Source: an uncultured Candidatus Saccharibacteria bacterium
GTDB lineage: Bacteria; Patescibacteriota; Minisyncoccia; Phycocordibacterales; XYD1-FULL-46-19
DNA length: 64,000 nt
Direction of reading: 5' to 3'
NCBI GenBank assembly: GCA_964639285.1
Contig: CAZXCI010000004.1
Span: 5,252 to 69,251 of the forward strand
Below, in pieces: positions 1 to 9,009 of this stretch (positions are counted from its first letter, which is position 1; each line of letters begins with the position of its first letter). The notes under the pieces are model-generated. The model searched no databases and was not told the origin of the DNA. It saw only the letters and a list, made by a program, of their open reading frames with translations. The position numbers and the translations under genes are program-made.

Positions 1-290
1 ATTCGGTCGATTTGCGAGCATAAAGACAATATTTGACCTTTTGGGTTGGTAAGGCCATTGGTTGGCTTATTTGGGCACTTATGGCTTGTATTTCCATATT
101 ATATTGATGACAGACCCCAAAACCTTGTAAAGCTATGCAGAATTGACCGTTTATTACATAATCGTGGGCTAGCTTTACAAATATTTTGATCAGCGATAGG
201 GTTGGACGGATACAATTTTTGGTTGTATTATTACATTAACAATTTAATAAGAGACCTAAACTTATTACTCCTAAGCATGGTCGTCAAATT

Positions 291-428
291 CCCACCACGG
301 GTGCAAAAAACTCCTAGTCAGAGTTACCTGTGGTGGGTCATATTCCGAAAGGGATATGGGTGGTCCTCGGATCACCGGCTGGCTAGGAGCTTTTTGCAAC
401 TAGCCAGAACTCAAAACCCACCACGCAA
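291..428 (+). ncRNA. Structured 5' leader with mutually exclusive helices (candidate RNA switch)
   Basis: 302-321 pairs with 379-398; GAAA-capped hairpin 339-358; CCCACCAC at 291 and 417 both complementary to GTGGTGGG at 330; ends at ATG 429. Confidence 0.5.
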
Positions 429-923
429 ATGAATATCGAAAAAGAACCTTCTGATTCTAGGGTTCAAAAATTTAATTGGAATCAACCGCTTATTAAGAAA
501 CTTATTATTATCTTTTCTATCGTAGTTTTAATTGCGGTCGGTGTTGTCATGAATGACGATTCAAACATCAAAAAAACTACGAAAGAGAATGTTAGCAGAC
601 AGAAAGTAGAGACAAAAGATTTTCTGACAATCGGCGATACTGGATATCTGCGATTGCCTAGCACCAAAAATCCAGAACAAATGATCTGTTTGGGTCCGAC
701 TAAAGAATCTTACAATCAAATAATGAAATCTATTTCAGCTAAAGATTTCCTCGGAGTCTTTGAAGCAGGAGGTTTCTGCACTGGAAACGGAACAAAAGTT
801 CAAGTCATAGACGTTAGTTTCTCAATGAAGAAAGTAAGGATCATGGAAGGTGTCCGAGAAATAGACCAAAATGTCTTATTGCGAACTGGTTGGGTCGCAA
901 CAGAATGGGTCGTTAAAGACTAA
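429..923 (+). CDS. Membrane-anchored hypothetical protein with SH3-like C-terminus
   Basis: One N-terminal TM helix (LIIIFSIVVLIAVGVVM); C-terminal GTKVQVID...RTGWVATEWV resembles SH3b-like folds. Confidence 0.6.
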   Translation: MNIEKEPSDSRVQKFNWNQPLIKKLIIIFSIVVLIAVGVVMNDDSNIKKTTKENVSRQKVETKDFLTIGDTGYLRLPSTKNPEQMICLGPTKESYNQIMKSISAKDFLGVFEAGGFCTGNGTKVQVIDVSFSMKKVRIMEGVREIDQNVLLRTGWVATEWVVKD

Positions 924-933
924 ATCCACCGAT

Positions 934-1485
934 ATGTCGACTTTCGCCATTCAATTTCCTGAATACGATATCGCTAATAAACTTAAGGAGGAATTTCCTC
1001 AAAAGGATAATTTCTCGGTAGCAATACCACTTAGTCGCCAACAGAAATATTATGACTTACTATTGGTTAACGGAGCCAAAAATAAATTTGTGACGATTCA
1101 AGTTAAGAGTTCGCGAACATATCTAGGCAAAGAAAAAGATATTTTCGATTACTATTCTTGGTTTAATCGGTTCGATATTAAAGACAATTATAGTGATTTC
1201 TATTTCCTCTATATGACTTATCCTTTCTTCGACAAGAATGGAAAACCTCGGGCCAAATGGAACACGAAGATTCTTGTTTTTAATCAGAGAGAGATGAAGC
1301 AAATACTGGATCAAGTCAAAACTAAATCGGGAAAGCCAGACTTATTTTTTTCTTTCGGCTTTAATCAAGACAAAGATTCCAAGATTTATGGCCAACGAGG
1401 TTTTTCATCACAAAAGGAAAAAGATTATTCAGCTAATCTACTAGAAAATAGAATTACCGGATTAAGGGCGAAATTTAAAGATTAA
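934..1485 (+). CDS. PD-(D/E)XK restriction-endonuclease-like protein
   Basis: YYDLLL...IQVKSSR motif; start moved to ATG 934 to avoid overlap with the upstream gene. Confidence 0.6.
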   Translation: MSTFAIQFPEYDIANKLKEEFPQKDNFSVAIPLSRQQKYYDLLLVNGAKNKFVTIQVKSSRTYLGKEKDIFDYYSWFNRFDIKDNYSDFYFLYMTYPFFDKNGKPRAKWNTKILVFNQREMKQILDQVKTKSGKPDLFFSFGFNQDKDSKIYGQRGFSSQKEKDYSANLLENRITGLRAKFKD

Positions 1486-1871
1486 CTCCCTTGAGGGGCT
1501 TCTTCATTTGGTTTACGTCCCGGAACAATCTCGACCGTAATCTTTTCGACCCTTTCGCTTCCAGCATAGTTCTCCCAAAACATCTTCGGCCTTGGTCGGA
1601 CGTAATTCTTCTTGTTGTTATCTAACCAGTATCTGATCGCCCAAGGCTTACCTTCTTGAACAGCTTTGATCAGCCGACTTTCCGCAATATCATTACCTGA
1701 ATCAATACCCATCGCTAATGCTTTGTCCATTTCTTTTTTAAACTCGAGATCCTCTTCTCGCCAACGATAAATAGTATTTCTCGCTAGCCCCACCTTGGCA
1801 CAGACAGAACTAACAATCGGCACCAAGGCTAGTTCTTCTAAGAATCTATTTGATAATTTAGACTTCTTCAT
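1482..1871 (-). CDS. Terminase-small-subunit-like HTH protein (phBC6A51-type)
   Basis: IVSSVCAKVGLARNTIYRWREEDLEF...AESRLIKAV...WAIRYWL pattern; overlaps the methylase stop. Confidence 0.65.
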   Translation of the reverse strand: MKKSKLSNRFLEELALVPIVSSVCAKVGLARNTIYRWREEDLEFKKEMDKALAMGIDSGNDIAESRLIKAVQEGKPWAIRYWLDNNKKNYVRPRPKMFWENYAGSERVEKITVEIVPGRKPNEEAPQGS

Positions 1872-3135
1872 TTTCTTTTAATACTTCGACCTTTAGACCT
1901 GTTAATGCTTCATAACGCTTGATGATCAAATCACAGAAGATGGGCTCAAGCTCGACAGAATAGACTCGGCGTTTTAATTGTTCGCCGGCGATTAAGGTAC
2001 TCCCCGAACCAGCAAAGCTGTCTAAGATGATGTCACCGGGCTTAGTACAACGAGTAATTGCTTTGTGGTGAAGTTCTGGTGGTTTAGTGGTAGCGTGTTC
2101 GTAATCGTTACTAGCCACCCTCTTCTCCATCCAAATATCACCGATTTGATCAAGAAGATCGTTACCTGTGCCTAACTCGTTATTCATCGCTTCGTTAAGG
2201 TCAGTTTTGTCGGTGGCGAGATACGGTTTGCCTTTGGTGCCATAGGTACAAGGCTCATAGCATTTGTTGAAAGCGACTCCCGGGGTTGGGTTCTGGCTAT
2301 TTTTAATCCAGAGACAGACTCGTTTGTTCTCGATCCCTAATTCTCGGTAGAGGGTCTGAATGAGCCAAATATATTTCTGATCAGACCAGTAGAAGACGTG
2401 GAGATTAGGTGAGGCGACCATCAGGGCATTCTCTAAGCTTCTCTTGAGAAAATCGTGGTACTCTGAATCAGTGCGGTCGTCTTTGACTTGGCCACCATAA
2501 TTATTCTTTCCGCCAATTCCACCGTTGTAGTCGATTTTGATGTTGTAGACAGGATCAGAGTAGATCATGTTAGCCTTATCGTCACCAAATAGCCGTTTAA
2601 GGACATTGGGATCAGTGGAATCACCACAGATGAGCTTGTGGCGACCTAAGAGGATTAAATCACCCTTTTGGGTTGTTGGAGTCTTGATATCTCGAAGGGC
2701 TTTCTTGAGATCAAACTTTTCCTTCTTCTCGACTTCCTCGCTATCCCAAATCTCAGCCAGTTCAGTCATATCGAAACCAATATTAGCAAGAAAGTCGACA
2801 TCGAAGTCCTTAAGAGCTTCGTAGTCCCAATCGCCAGTGACGGCGTTGCTGGTTAGGAGGTATCGTTCATATTCCTCATCGGTTAAGGGGCGGTTAGGAA
2901 CTCGAACATCTATCAACTCCTCACCACGGCCCAAGAGTTGCAAGGCCTTAATGCGTTGATGCCCAGCGATGATCTTGTTGTCAGTATCAATCGCGGGAAT
3001 TTCGACGAGATTGAATAATTTGAGACTCTTTTTCAGATCAGCCATTTGCTTGTCTGAAATTAGACGTGGGTTCTTCGAGGAGGGTAAGAGGTCGTTGACT
3101 TTGCGCTTCTCGGTGGACCAAATTAAGTTATCCAT
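1858..3135 (-). CDS. ParB-N domain + N4/N6 DNA methyltransferase
   Basis: NPR/IIAGHQR ParB motifs; HKLICGDS, SDPVYN (motif IV-like), HATTKP, ILDSFAGSGSTL (motif I). Confidence 0.9.
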   Translation of the reverse strand: MDNLIWSTEKRKVNDLLPSSKNPRLISDKQMADLKKSLKLFNLVEIPAIDTDNKIIAGHQRIKALQLLGRGEELIDVRVPNRPLTDEEYERYLLTSNAVTGDWDYEALKDFDVDFLANIGFDMTELAEIWDSEEVEKKEKFDLKKALRDIKTPTTQKGDLILLGRHKLICGDSTDPNVLKRLFGDDKANMIYSDPVYNIKIDYNGGIGGKNNYGGQVKDDRTDSEYHDFLKRSLENALMVASPNLHVFYWSDQKYIWLIQTLYRELGIENKRVCLWIKNSQNPTPGVAFNKCYEPCTYGTKGKPYLATDKTDLNEAMNNELGTGNDLLDQIGDIWMEKRVASNDYEHATTKPPELHHKAITRCTKPGDIILDSFAGSGSTLIAGEQLKRRVYSVELEPIFCDLIIKRYEALTGLKVEVLKENEEV

Positions 3136-3211
3136 AATAAAAATGAAGCTAAATTAATAATAGCCTCATTAAATCAGAGGGCTAAAATTCAATTCGGAAA
3201 ATAACAGGTTG

Positions 3212-3982
3212 TTATTTTCCGAGACCAAATATTTTTTGTCGAGCTCTATCTAAGGCTCGTTTGCTATCATAAGTTTTTTTAACATCAGGATGGCCCTCTA
3301 ATTCTCTGGTCGCCTCATTAATTGTCATTTTGTATTCCTTATTTTCAACTTCATCAAGACGCTCAAGATCTCCCCTTGTTTCTTCATAAAGGATGTCCCG
3401 GTCGATATTTCTTAACTTAGGAGCCTTCTCTAACTTGCAGAGATTATTAACAAAATATTTAAGGTCGGTAAGGTCGTCATCGGTCAATTGGTGGTAAATA
3501 TTGACTCTCAACGATCTCGGCTTTTGGTCCATGTCTTTGGGAAAAGGATCTGTAACCGTAAAATTATTTGTTGGTGCAGTTATCTTGTTTAATAGTAGGT
3601 AATCTCTTATGTGGTTAATAAAGTTAGCGGGTAGATTAAACCTTAGAGCTATCTCCCTTGTTTTATGAGAAAAGTAAGTCCACGGGATATCAGTGACAGA
3701 ATATTGAGAATTGCCGTTTTTAATTTCGAGGATCATCTTATCTGAACTTTTAGACATCTCGTCAACCCATTTTTCACATTCTTCGTTTGTTTCCAAGCCG
3801 TCAACAGGGATACCCAGATATTCCCTTACTTCGTCAATTATGATCTGAAATTCTTCGGTAGAGACTAATAATTTCATTATTGAGAGATTTCTCTGGTGGG
3901 TCTTTGATTGTCTCTCTGTTTTTTCTCTCCTTTTTGCCATATTTAGATTATACGACAGTTTAGAAATAAAAAAGTTATCCAC
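3212..3982 (-). CDS. Hypothetical protein (start probably ATG 3940)
   Basis: 256-aa ORF, no recognised motif. Confidence 0.55.
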   Translation of the reverse strand: MDNFFISKLSYNLNMAKRREKTERQSKTHQRNLSIMKLLVSTEEFQIIIDEVREYLGIPVDGLETNEECEKWVDEMSKSSDKMILEIKNGNSQYSVTDIPWTYFSHKTREIALRFNLPANFINHIRDYLLLNKITAPTNNFTVTDPFPKDMDQKPRSLRVNIYHQLTDDDLTDLKYFVNNLCKLEKAPKLRNIDRDILYEETRGDLERLDEVENKEYKMTINEATRELEGHPDVKKTYDSKRALDRARQKIFGLGK

Positions 3983-4029
3983 AGGTAGTTAAAAAAAGAG
4001 AAAAACCTTATATTTCAAGGTATTTTTGA

Positions 4030-4058
4030 TTGCTTGAAAACGAAAAATATGGTATAAT
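4030..4058 (+). promoter_or_regulatory. Sigma70-type promoter with extended -10
   Basis: TTGCTT-N17-TATAAT with TG at the extended position, upstream of the DUF2188 gene. Confidence 0.5.
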
Positions 4059-4087
4059 AGGGTCATTATTAGCTAATTTTGAAGAAA

Positions 4088-4330
4088 ATGGCAAATTATC
4101 ATGTTACTAAGGACAAGGATTCTGGAGATTGGAGAGTAAAAAGAGAAGGGGCCAGCAGAGCGAGTGACTTCGCTGATACCCAAAAGGAAGCTATAAAAAT
4201 CGCCAAAGAATTATCTTCAAATTCTGGCGGTGGAGAAGTCCGGATTCATAGTCCCAAAGGTCCAATTATCGACAGTGACACCGTTGCCCCAGCAAAAGAT
4301 CCCTGTCCTCCGATTGATAAAAAACACTAA
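4088..4330 (+). CDS. DUF2188 family protein
   Basis: YHV...W.VKREGA.RAS..DTQKEAI..A......EVRIH...G.I signature. Confidence 0.85.
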   Translation: MANYHVTKDKDSGDWRVKREGASRASDFADTQKEAIKIAKELSSNSGGGEVRIHSPKGPIIDSDTVAPAKDPCPPIDKKH

Positions 4331-4343
4331 AACAAATTTATTG

Positions 4344-5402
4344 ATGAAAAAGAAGTTTGATTTAAAGAAAAAAATCACAGAGGATGCTATCAGTGAATTT
4401 TTAAAGCAAAAACCTGACTTAAGCCTTTTTCATCGTGAGCAGACAGATTTAGAATTTAAAGAATCATTTAATCTTGCCGGATTGGCAGAGTATTTTCGTG
4501 ACTTTGCGGGATTCTCCAATAATTCTGGAGGTTTTATTATTTTTGGAGTAACAAATAGACCAAGGCGCCCCAACGGTTTATCAAAAAAGAGTTTGGTTCA
4601 ATTTTCAAGTATCGATGAAGAGAGAATTTCTGGTTATATTAATGAACACTTTGCTCCTTATATAGAATGGGAAATGGATACATTAAAAATTAAAGGCAAA
4701 ACGTTTGGTGCTTTTTATGCCTACCAGTCTTCTAACAAACCTGTTATTTGCAAAAAGGGAGATGATAAACAGATCATAAAAAACGGTGAGGTATATTATC
4801 GCTATGCAGGAAGAACAGAAGTTATCCAATATTCTGAACTTTCCAACATTATCGAAAATAGGATTAAAGAAAACAATAAACAATGGATTCAGAAGGTTAA
4901 AAAAATAGGAGAAATTGGTCCCGGGAATGCTGGTATTCTTGATACCGCAAATGCGACAATCGAAAGTGGAAATGGAACACTTTTAATAGATCAAGATCTT
5001 ATAAAGAATATTAATTTTATAAAAGACGGAGAATTTGATGAGAAAAAAGGTTCAAAAACTTTAAAACTAATTGGATCTGTAAAACCTGTAAATAAGTTGG
5101 AGGTCGAAAAAGTAATCAAAGAGAGATTAATAGATGAATACCCTTATTCATACAAACAACTAGAGGGAGAGATCAGGAAAAAAGACCCTCGAGCAAAGAT
5201 CAGCCGAATACAAGGAATAATTAAAGAGAACAATTTAAAAAATGATAAAAAATATTCAGCTTACAATTTTAGAAACAGGAATCAAGAGGAAAAGTATAAA
5301 GAAAATAAAATTATACCAAGTTCGGTCCCTTCTATTTTTAACATGGCAGCGATACAGTTTGTTTTAAAAGTCCTCTCTCAAGAAGTTATAGACAAATCTT
5401 AA
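4344..5402 (+). CDS. AlbA_2/Schlafen-like domain protein
   Basis: EQTDLEFKESF, FAGFSNNSGGFIIFGV, VYYRYAGRT motifs. Confidence 0.8.
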   Translation: MKKKFDLKKKITEDAISEFLKQKPDLSLFHREQTDLEFKESFNLAGLAEYFRDFAGFSNNSGGFIIFGVTNRPRRPNGLSKKSLVQFSSIDEERISGYINEHFAPYIEWEMDTLKIKGKTFGAFYAYQSSNKPVICKKGDDKQIIKNGEVYYRYAGRTEVIQYSELSNIIENRIKENNKQWIQKVKKIGEIGPGNAGILDTANATIESGNGTLLIDQDLIKNINFIKDGEFDEKKGSKTLKLIGSVKPVNKLEVEKVIKERLIDEYPYSYKQLEGEIRKKDPRAKISRIQGIIKENNLKNDKKYSAYNFRNRNQEEKYKENKIIPSSVPSIFNMAAIQFVLKVLSQEVIDKS

Positions 5403-5403
5403 A

Positions 5404-6156
5404 ATGGATGTCAAATTTACTAATTCAGAAAATTGTCTAATCGGTGAAGAAGAATTTACTTATTTCAGAGATTTTGTCTCCCTCTTAAAACAAATTGAGG
5501 AAACTCTAAAAGAAATTGGGGCGAAAAAGTTTTTTTCAAGTCCTGATCAGAAAATTCAAAGAGCAAGAGAAAGCCTAGCAGAATTCTTTTTTATTTCCGG
5601 CCTAAAAAAAGATACTGGTAAGGACTGGTGGTTATTGCAACCTAAAGATGAATTTCCTGATTTTATTTTAATGACCGTCAACAATGACCCCCTAATGGTT
5701 ACTTTGGACCAATTTGAACTAGTTGAGATACAGGAAAGATGCCAAACATTCGATGAGATGCTCTCTATTGTTAATAAGAAAATTAAAAAGGGTTATCCAG
5801 AAAACTACAATCTTCTGATTTTCATTAACCACAAGGAGAGTATAAACTGGCTATCTCGTTTAGAAGAAAAAATTGAAAGCTTCCACCCTTTCAAATCGAT
5901 TTGGTCTATACATCTCCTTTTCCGTGATCCGAAGGATATTTTTAGTGCTGTCATAACACAAATAAGACCTTACCCCATTAAAAGAATAGAAGTTAAGTTT
6001 AGCGATGAAGAATTATATAAACAATCATCGATCTTGAATATTACCGAAAAAATAGAAACTAGCGAAGGAATTTTTCTCCAATTCAAATCTGGGGTGGTCT
6101 CTGAATTAAAAAAAGAATTGAGAAAAATTAAAAAAGAGAAAAAGGAACAACAATAG
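5404..6156 (+). CDS. Hypothetical protein, possible PD-(D/E)XK-fold nuclease
   Basis: FPDF...ELVEI...KKIKKGY...LLIF pattern. Confidence 0.5.
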   Translation: MDVKFTNSENCLIGEEEFTYFRDFVSLLKQIEETLKEIGAKKFFSSPDQKIQRARESLAEFFFISGLKKDTGKDWWLLQPKDEFPDFILMTVNNDPLMVTLDQFELVEIQERCQTFDEMLSIVNKKIKKGYPENYNLLIFINHKESINWLSRLEEKIESFHPFKSIWSIHLLFRDPKDIFSAVITQIRPYPIKRIEVKFSDEELYKQSSILNITEKIETSEGIFLQFKSGVVSELKKELRKIKKEKKEQQ

Positions 6157-6166
6157 CAAATAAATA

Positions 6167-7273
6167 ATGGAAGAAAAATCTGGGAAAAACCTCAAATCAC
6201 ACCAATACTACTCAGACCTCTACGATCGCCACACTGTTGAAGAATGTCGGCGCTGGGTCAAAAAATCAGACGACAAAGAACAAATAAATAAAGGAGTTAA
6301 AGATCTCAAAATAACCCGAGCTAAGGCAAAAATCGTACTCAAGTGTGTTAACGAACTCTCGCTTTATTTCATTTCTGGTGAACGCTATGCCAATAAATCA
6401 ATGACAATTCGTGAATGGGAAGAAAGAGACAGAGCTCGAGATGAGTTACTAGAAAAGGCTAAAGCCCCCGATTCAATCGCTTGTTTATCTTGTGGTCGTC
6501 TAATGTTTGTTTCTTCTAAACACCTTGACCTTGGAGGTGTAAAAGGTCCCGAGCGTGTCCTCTTTATGTATGATTGCCCTCTTGGTCACTTACCTCGTCG
6601 AGCTTTCTATCACACAGGTGAAGAATGGCGTCGTCCTCCTCACGAATGTCCTAAATGTAAATCTGAATTTAAAAGAGAAACCGAGCGAGAAGAAGGAAAG
6701 AAAATTGTTATGAAATACGCCTGTCACAAATGTGGCTATGTCGAAAATGAAGAAATAGACCTAATTGATAAGCCTAAGGAAAAAGAGAAGATTGACCGAG
6801 ATTTTGCAAAAGATAGAGATCGTTTTTGTTTGTCTAAAGAGGAGGGTGAAAAATATCTTGAGGGAAAAGCGACATTAGAATCAATCGGACCCCTTCTTGA
6901 AGAATGGAAAGAAAGGGATGAGCACAAAGAAGAATACGAAGCTGTGTCTAAACTCAAGAAATTAAAAATAACCGAACTTGAGGAATTGTTAATTCCCACC
7001 TTAGAAAAAGCTGATTATACTAAGCTTCAATTCAAAGATCCTGAGATGAATAAAGATGTTTTTCTTCCTTTTACTGTTTACGACAAACAAGCCAATCGGA
7101 GTGATCGAGAAAGCGAGATCAAACTCAAAAAATTGCTCGATAAGACCCTTGAAGATACTAATTGGCGACTTATGAGTGACGGGGTAAATTATCGCTTAGG
7201 AATGCTTAGTGGACGGCTAAGGGGTTATGAAAGAGAAGAAGATATGCTGAAAATTGTATATCTTTCTAATTAA
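6167..7273 (+). CDS. Zinc-ribbon-containing hypothetical protein
   Basis: CLSC, CPLGH, CPKC and CHKC metal-binding motifs. Confidence 0.7.
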   Translation: MEEKSGKNLKSHQYYSDLYDRHTVEECRRWVKKSDDKEQINKGVKDLKITRAKAKIVLKCVNELSLYFISGERYANKSMTIREWEERDRARDELLEKAKAPDSIACLSCGRLMFVSSKHLDLGGVKGPERVLFMYDCPLGHLPRRAFYHTGEEWRRPPHECPKCKSEFKRETEREEGKKIVMKYACHKCGYVENEEIDLIDKPKEKEKIDRDFAKDRDRFCLSKEEGEKYLEGKATLESIGPLLEEWKERDEHKEEYEAVSKLKKLKITELEELLIPTLEKADYTKLQFKDPEMNKDVFLPFTVYDKQANRSDRESEIKLKKLLDKTLEDTNWRLMSDGVNYRLGMLSGRLRGYEREEDMLKIVYLSN

Positions 7274-7296
7274 AAATCATTATTTAAAAATAAAAT

Positions 7297-8001
7297 ATGG
7301 AAAATAAAAAAGAATTCCTCGGGACACTTAAACAGATTTCGCCAAGGCTTTTAGTTGACGAGAAAGACGAAAAAGAAATCCAAAACTTCTTTCTTATCCT
7401 TGGCCTTATCTTTAACGATTTAAAAGGTCTGGTGTTTTTTCAAAAATTTCTTGAAGAAAATTACCGGAAACCAAAGGAAGATGAGACGACCGAACATGCT
7501 GGGGAATACAATGGGCTAATGGCTCAAGCTGATAGACTACTAATCTCCACAGTTGGCGAATTTTACAAATTTATAGAAAAAAATAAATCTGTATTAAACA
7601 GCTACCCTTTTTTATTTATTATTAAAAAACTTAGCCCAAATATCAGAAATAAATGGAGTGACCTTGTTAATTTAGAGCATGGTTCAACCATTTTGTCGAA
7701 AATAGCAAAAATCAGATCAAATGTTGCCTTTCATTATGATCACCCGATGAAAGTATTAAGGAAAGGATTTATTGGTAGCTTCTTTTCAGAAAGAAAGAAT
7801 ATCGCTCAACATCTGAAAGCTTGCTATTCTCTTGGTGAAGATATGGAACATACTCGCTTTTATTTTTCAGATGCATCCGCTCAAGACTACGTCAATTCTT
7901 TAATCGGTGCTGAAGATAGGGCAAAAATTAAGGGATCTGTAGAAGACATGAACAACACGATTCAGGCTTTGCTAAGGGCATATTTGGAAAATCTAAAATA
8001 A
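7297..8001 (+). CDS. HEPN (AbiU2-like) putative RNase
   Basis: Helical protein with IRSNVAFHYD (Rx5H) motif. Confidence 0.55.
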   Translation: MENKKEFLGTLKQISPRLLVDEKDEKEIQNFFLILGLIFNDLKGLVFFQKFLEENYRKPKEDETTEHAGEYNGLMAQADRLLISTVGEFYKFIEKNKSVLNSYPFLFIIKKLSPNIRNKWSDLVNLEHGSTILSKIAKIRSNVAFHYDHPMKVLRKGFIGSFFSERKNIAQHLKACYSLGEDMEHTRFYFSDASAQDYVNSLIGAEDRAKIKGSVEDMNNTIQALLRAYLENLK

Positions 8002-8014
8002 TCTTTAATTTGTT

Positions 8015-8049
8015 AAAAAGTGTCACTTTTGTCACTTTTTGCTAGAATG
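8015..8049. repeat. 35-bp direct repeat, copy 1
   Basis: AAAAAGTGTCACTTTTGTCACTTTTTGCTAGAATG, identical to 19948-19982. Confidence 0.95.
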
Positions 8050-8068
8050 TATAATATATTTAGCCATT

Positions 8069-8599
8069 ATGGTTTTAGATGACAATATAAAACATTATAA
8101 AAAGGAACTCGGGGATCTACCCTTGTGGTTAAAATATGCAGTCGCTATCGCCACTATTTTTGGAACCATATTTGGCGGTTGGGGTGTATATATAGTTATT
8201 AGTGATAAAAACAATAAAGATCGATTGTTAGACAGCACGACTGCAACATCCTCAATTCCAATAAACATAACGAGTATATTATCTATGGCTCTTCATAAAG
8301 ATACTGCAATGGAACAGAGAGATTTTTTAAATAAGTATGAGGATGTTAAAGTCTTTGTCGATGGATATTTCAAAGATATATTGAATTACGGCGAAAACTA
8401 CCAAGTGTTTATAGATTCTTCCCTTTTACCTTTCAGAAATATACCGATTGTGTGCTCCTTAGACAATTTAAGCGAAGATGAAAAAAGAGAGTTATTCCTA
8501 TTCAAAAAACGTGACAAAGTATTACTTAGAGGTGTATTCACAGGTGGTAATTACAATGGAATTGCATGGTACGTGAAAGAGTGTCGCGTAGAAAAATAG
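8069..8599 (+). CDS. Membrane-anchored OB-fold (tRNA_anti-like) protein
   Basis: TM helix, then KYE..KV.V.G...DI...KKRDKVLLRGVF...VKECRV. Confidence 0.55.
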   Translation: MVLDDNIKHYKKELGDLPLWLKYAVAIATIFGTIFGGWGVYIVISDKNNKDRLLDSTTATSSIPINITSILSMALHKDTAMEQRDFLNKYEDVKVFVDGYFKDILNYGENYQVFIDSSLLPFRNIPIVCSLDNLSEDEKRELFLFKKRDKVLLRGVFTGGNYNGIAWYVKECRVEK

Positions 8600-8760
8600 A
8601 GGTGCTCGAGTTGCTTCACCAATGATTATAAATTACACTAAAAATAACCTTATGGGGCTTGACCGAGAAAGGTTCTAGCTCTAGTCGGCCAGCCAGCTTG
8701 AGCTAGCTCAAAGATAACTAGTTTGAAGACAAAAAACACTTTTTATTTCGAAGGTGTTTT

Positions 8761-8795
8761 TTGTTGTTTTATATTACAACAAACTATGCTATAAT
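8761..8795 (+). promoter_or_regulatory. Operator inverted repeat plus extended -10 for a leaderless HTH gene
   Basis: TTGTTGT-N8-ACAACAA (8761-8782); TGCTATAAT ends 6 nt before ATG 8802. Confidence 0.55.
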
Positions 8796-8801
8796 CTTTG
8801 T

Positions 8802-9008
8802 ATGAAAGATGATGCCAAAAAGTTGGGAGAAAATCTCAAAAAACTTAGGATCAAAAAAGATATTAGCCAAATAGAACTCGCTCGTATGTTGAGTGTTGAT
8901 CGATCTTTTGTGAGTAATATCGAGAATGGAAAAAATAATCCAACTCTTTCAACCATTACTAGCTTAGCCAAGGCGTTAGGTGTTTCAACTAACGAACTTT
9001 TAAAATAA
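8802..9008 (+). CDS. XRE/Cro-C1 HTH regulator (controller-like)
   Basis: LGENLKKLR...SQIELA...SNIENGKNNPTLSTI..LAKALGV. Confidence 0.9.
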   Translation: MKDDAKKLGENLKKLRIKKDISQIELARMLSVDRSFVSNIENGKNNPTLSTITSLAKALGVSTNELLK

Positions 9009-9009
9009 T

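Noticed and set aside
202-432. 76-aa ORF in the track
   Set aside because: TTG start, no protein-like features, and it overlaps the structured leader.
1482-3135. Prophage call from the terminase-small-like and methylase genes
   Set aside because: No large terminase, portal, capsid, tail or integrase gene in the window.
3975-3983. Perfect DnaA box TTATCCACA
   Set aside because: Single copy with no cluster or dnaA nearby; not called as oriC.
8698-8711. 14-bp palindrome TTGAGCTAGCTCAA
   Set aside because: Single short copy; no function can be supported.
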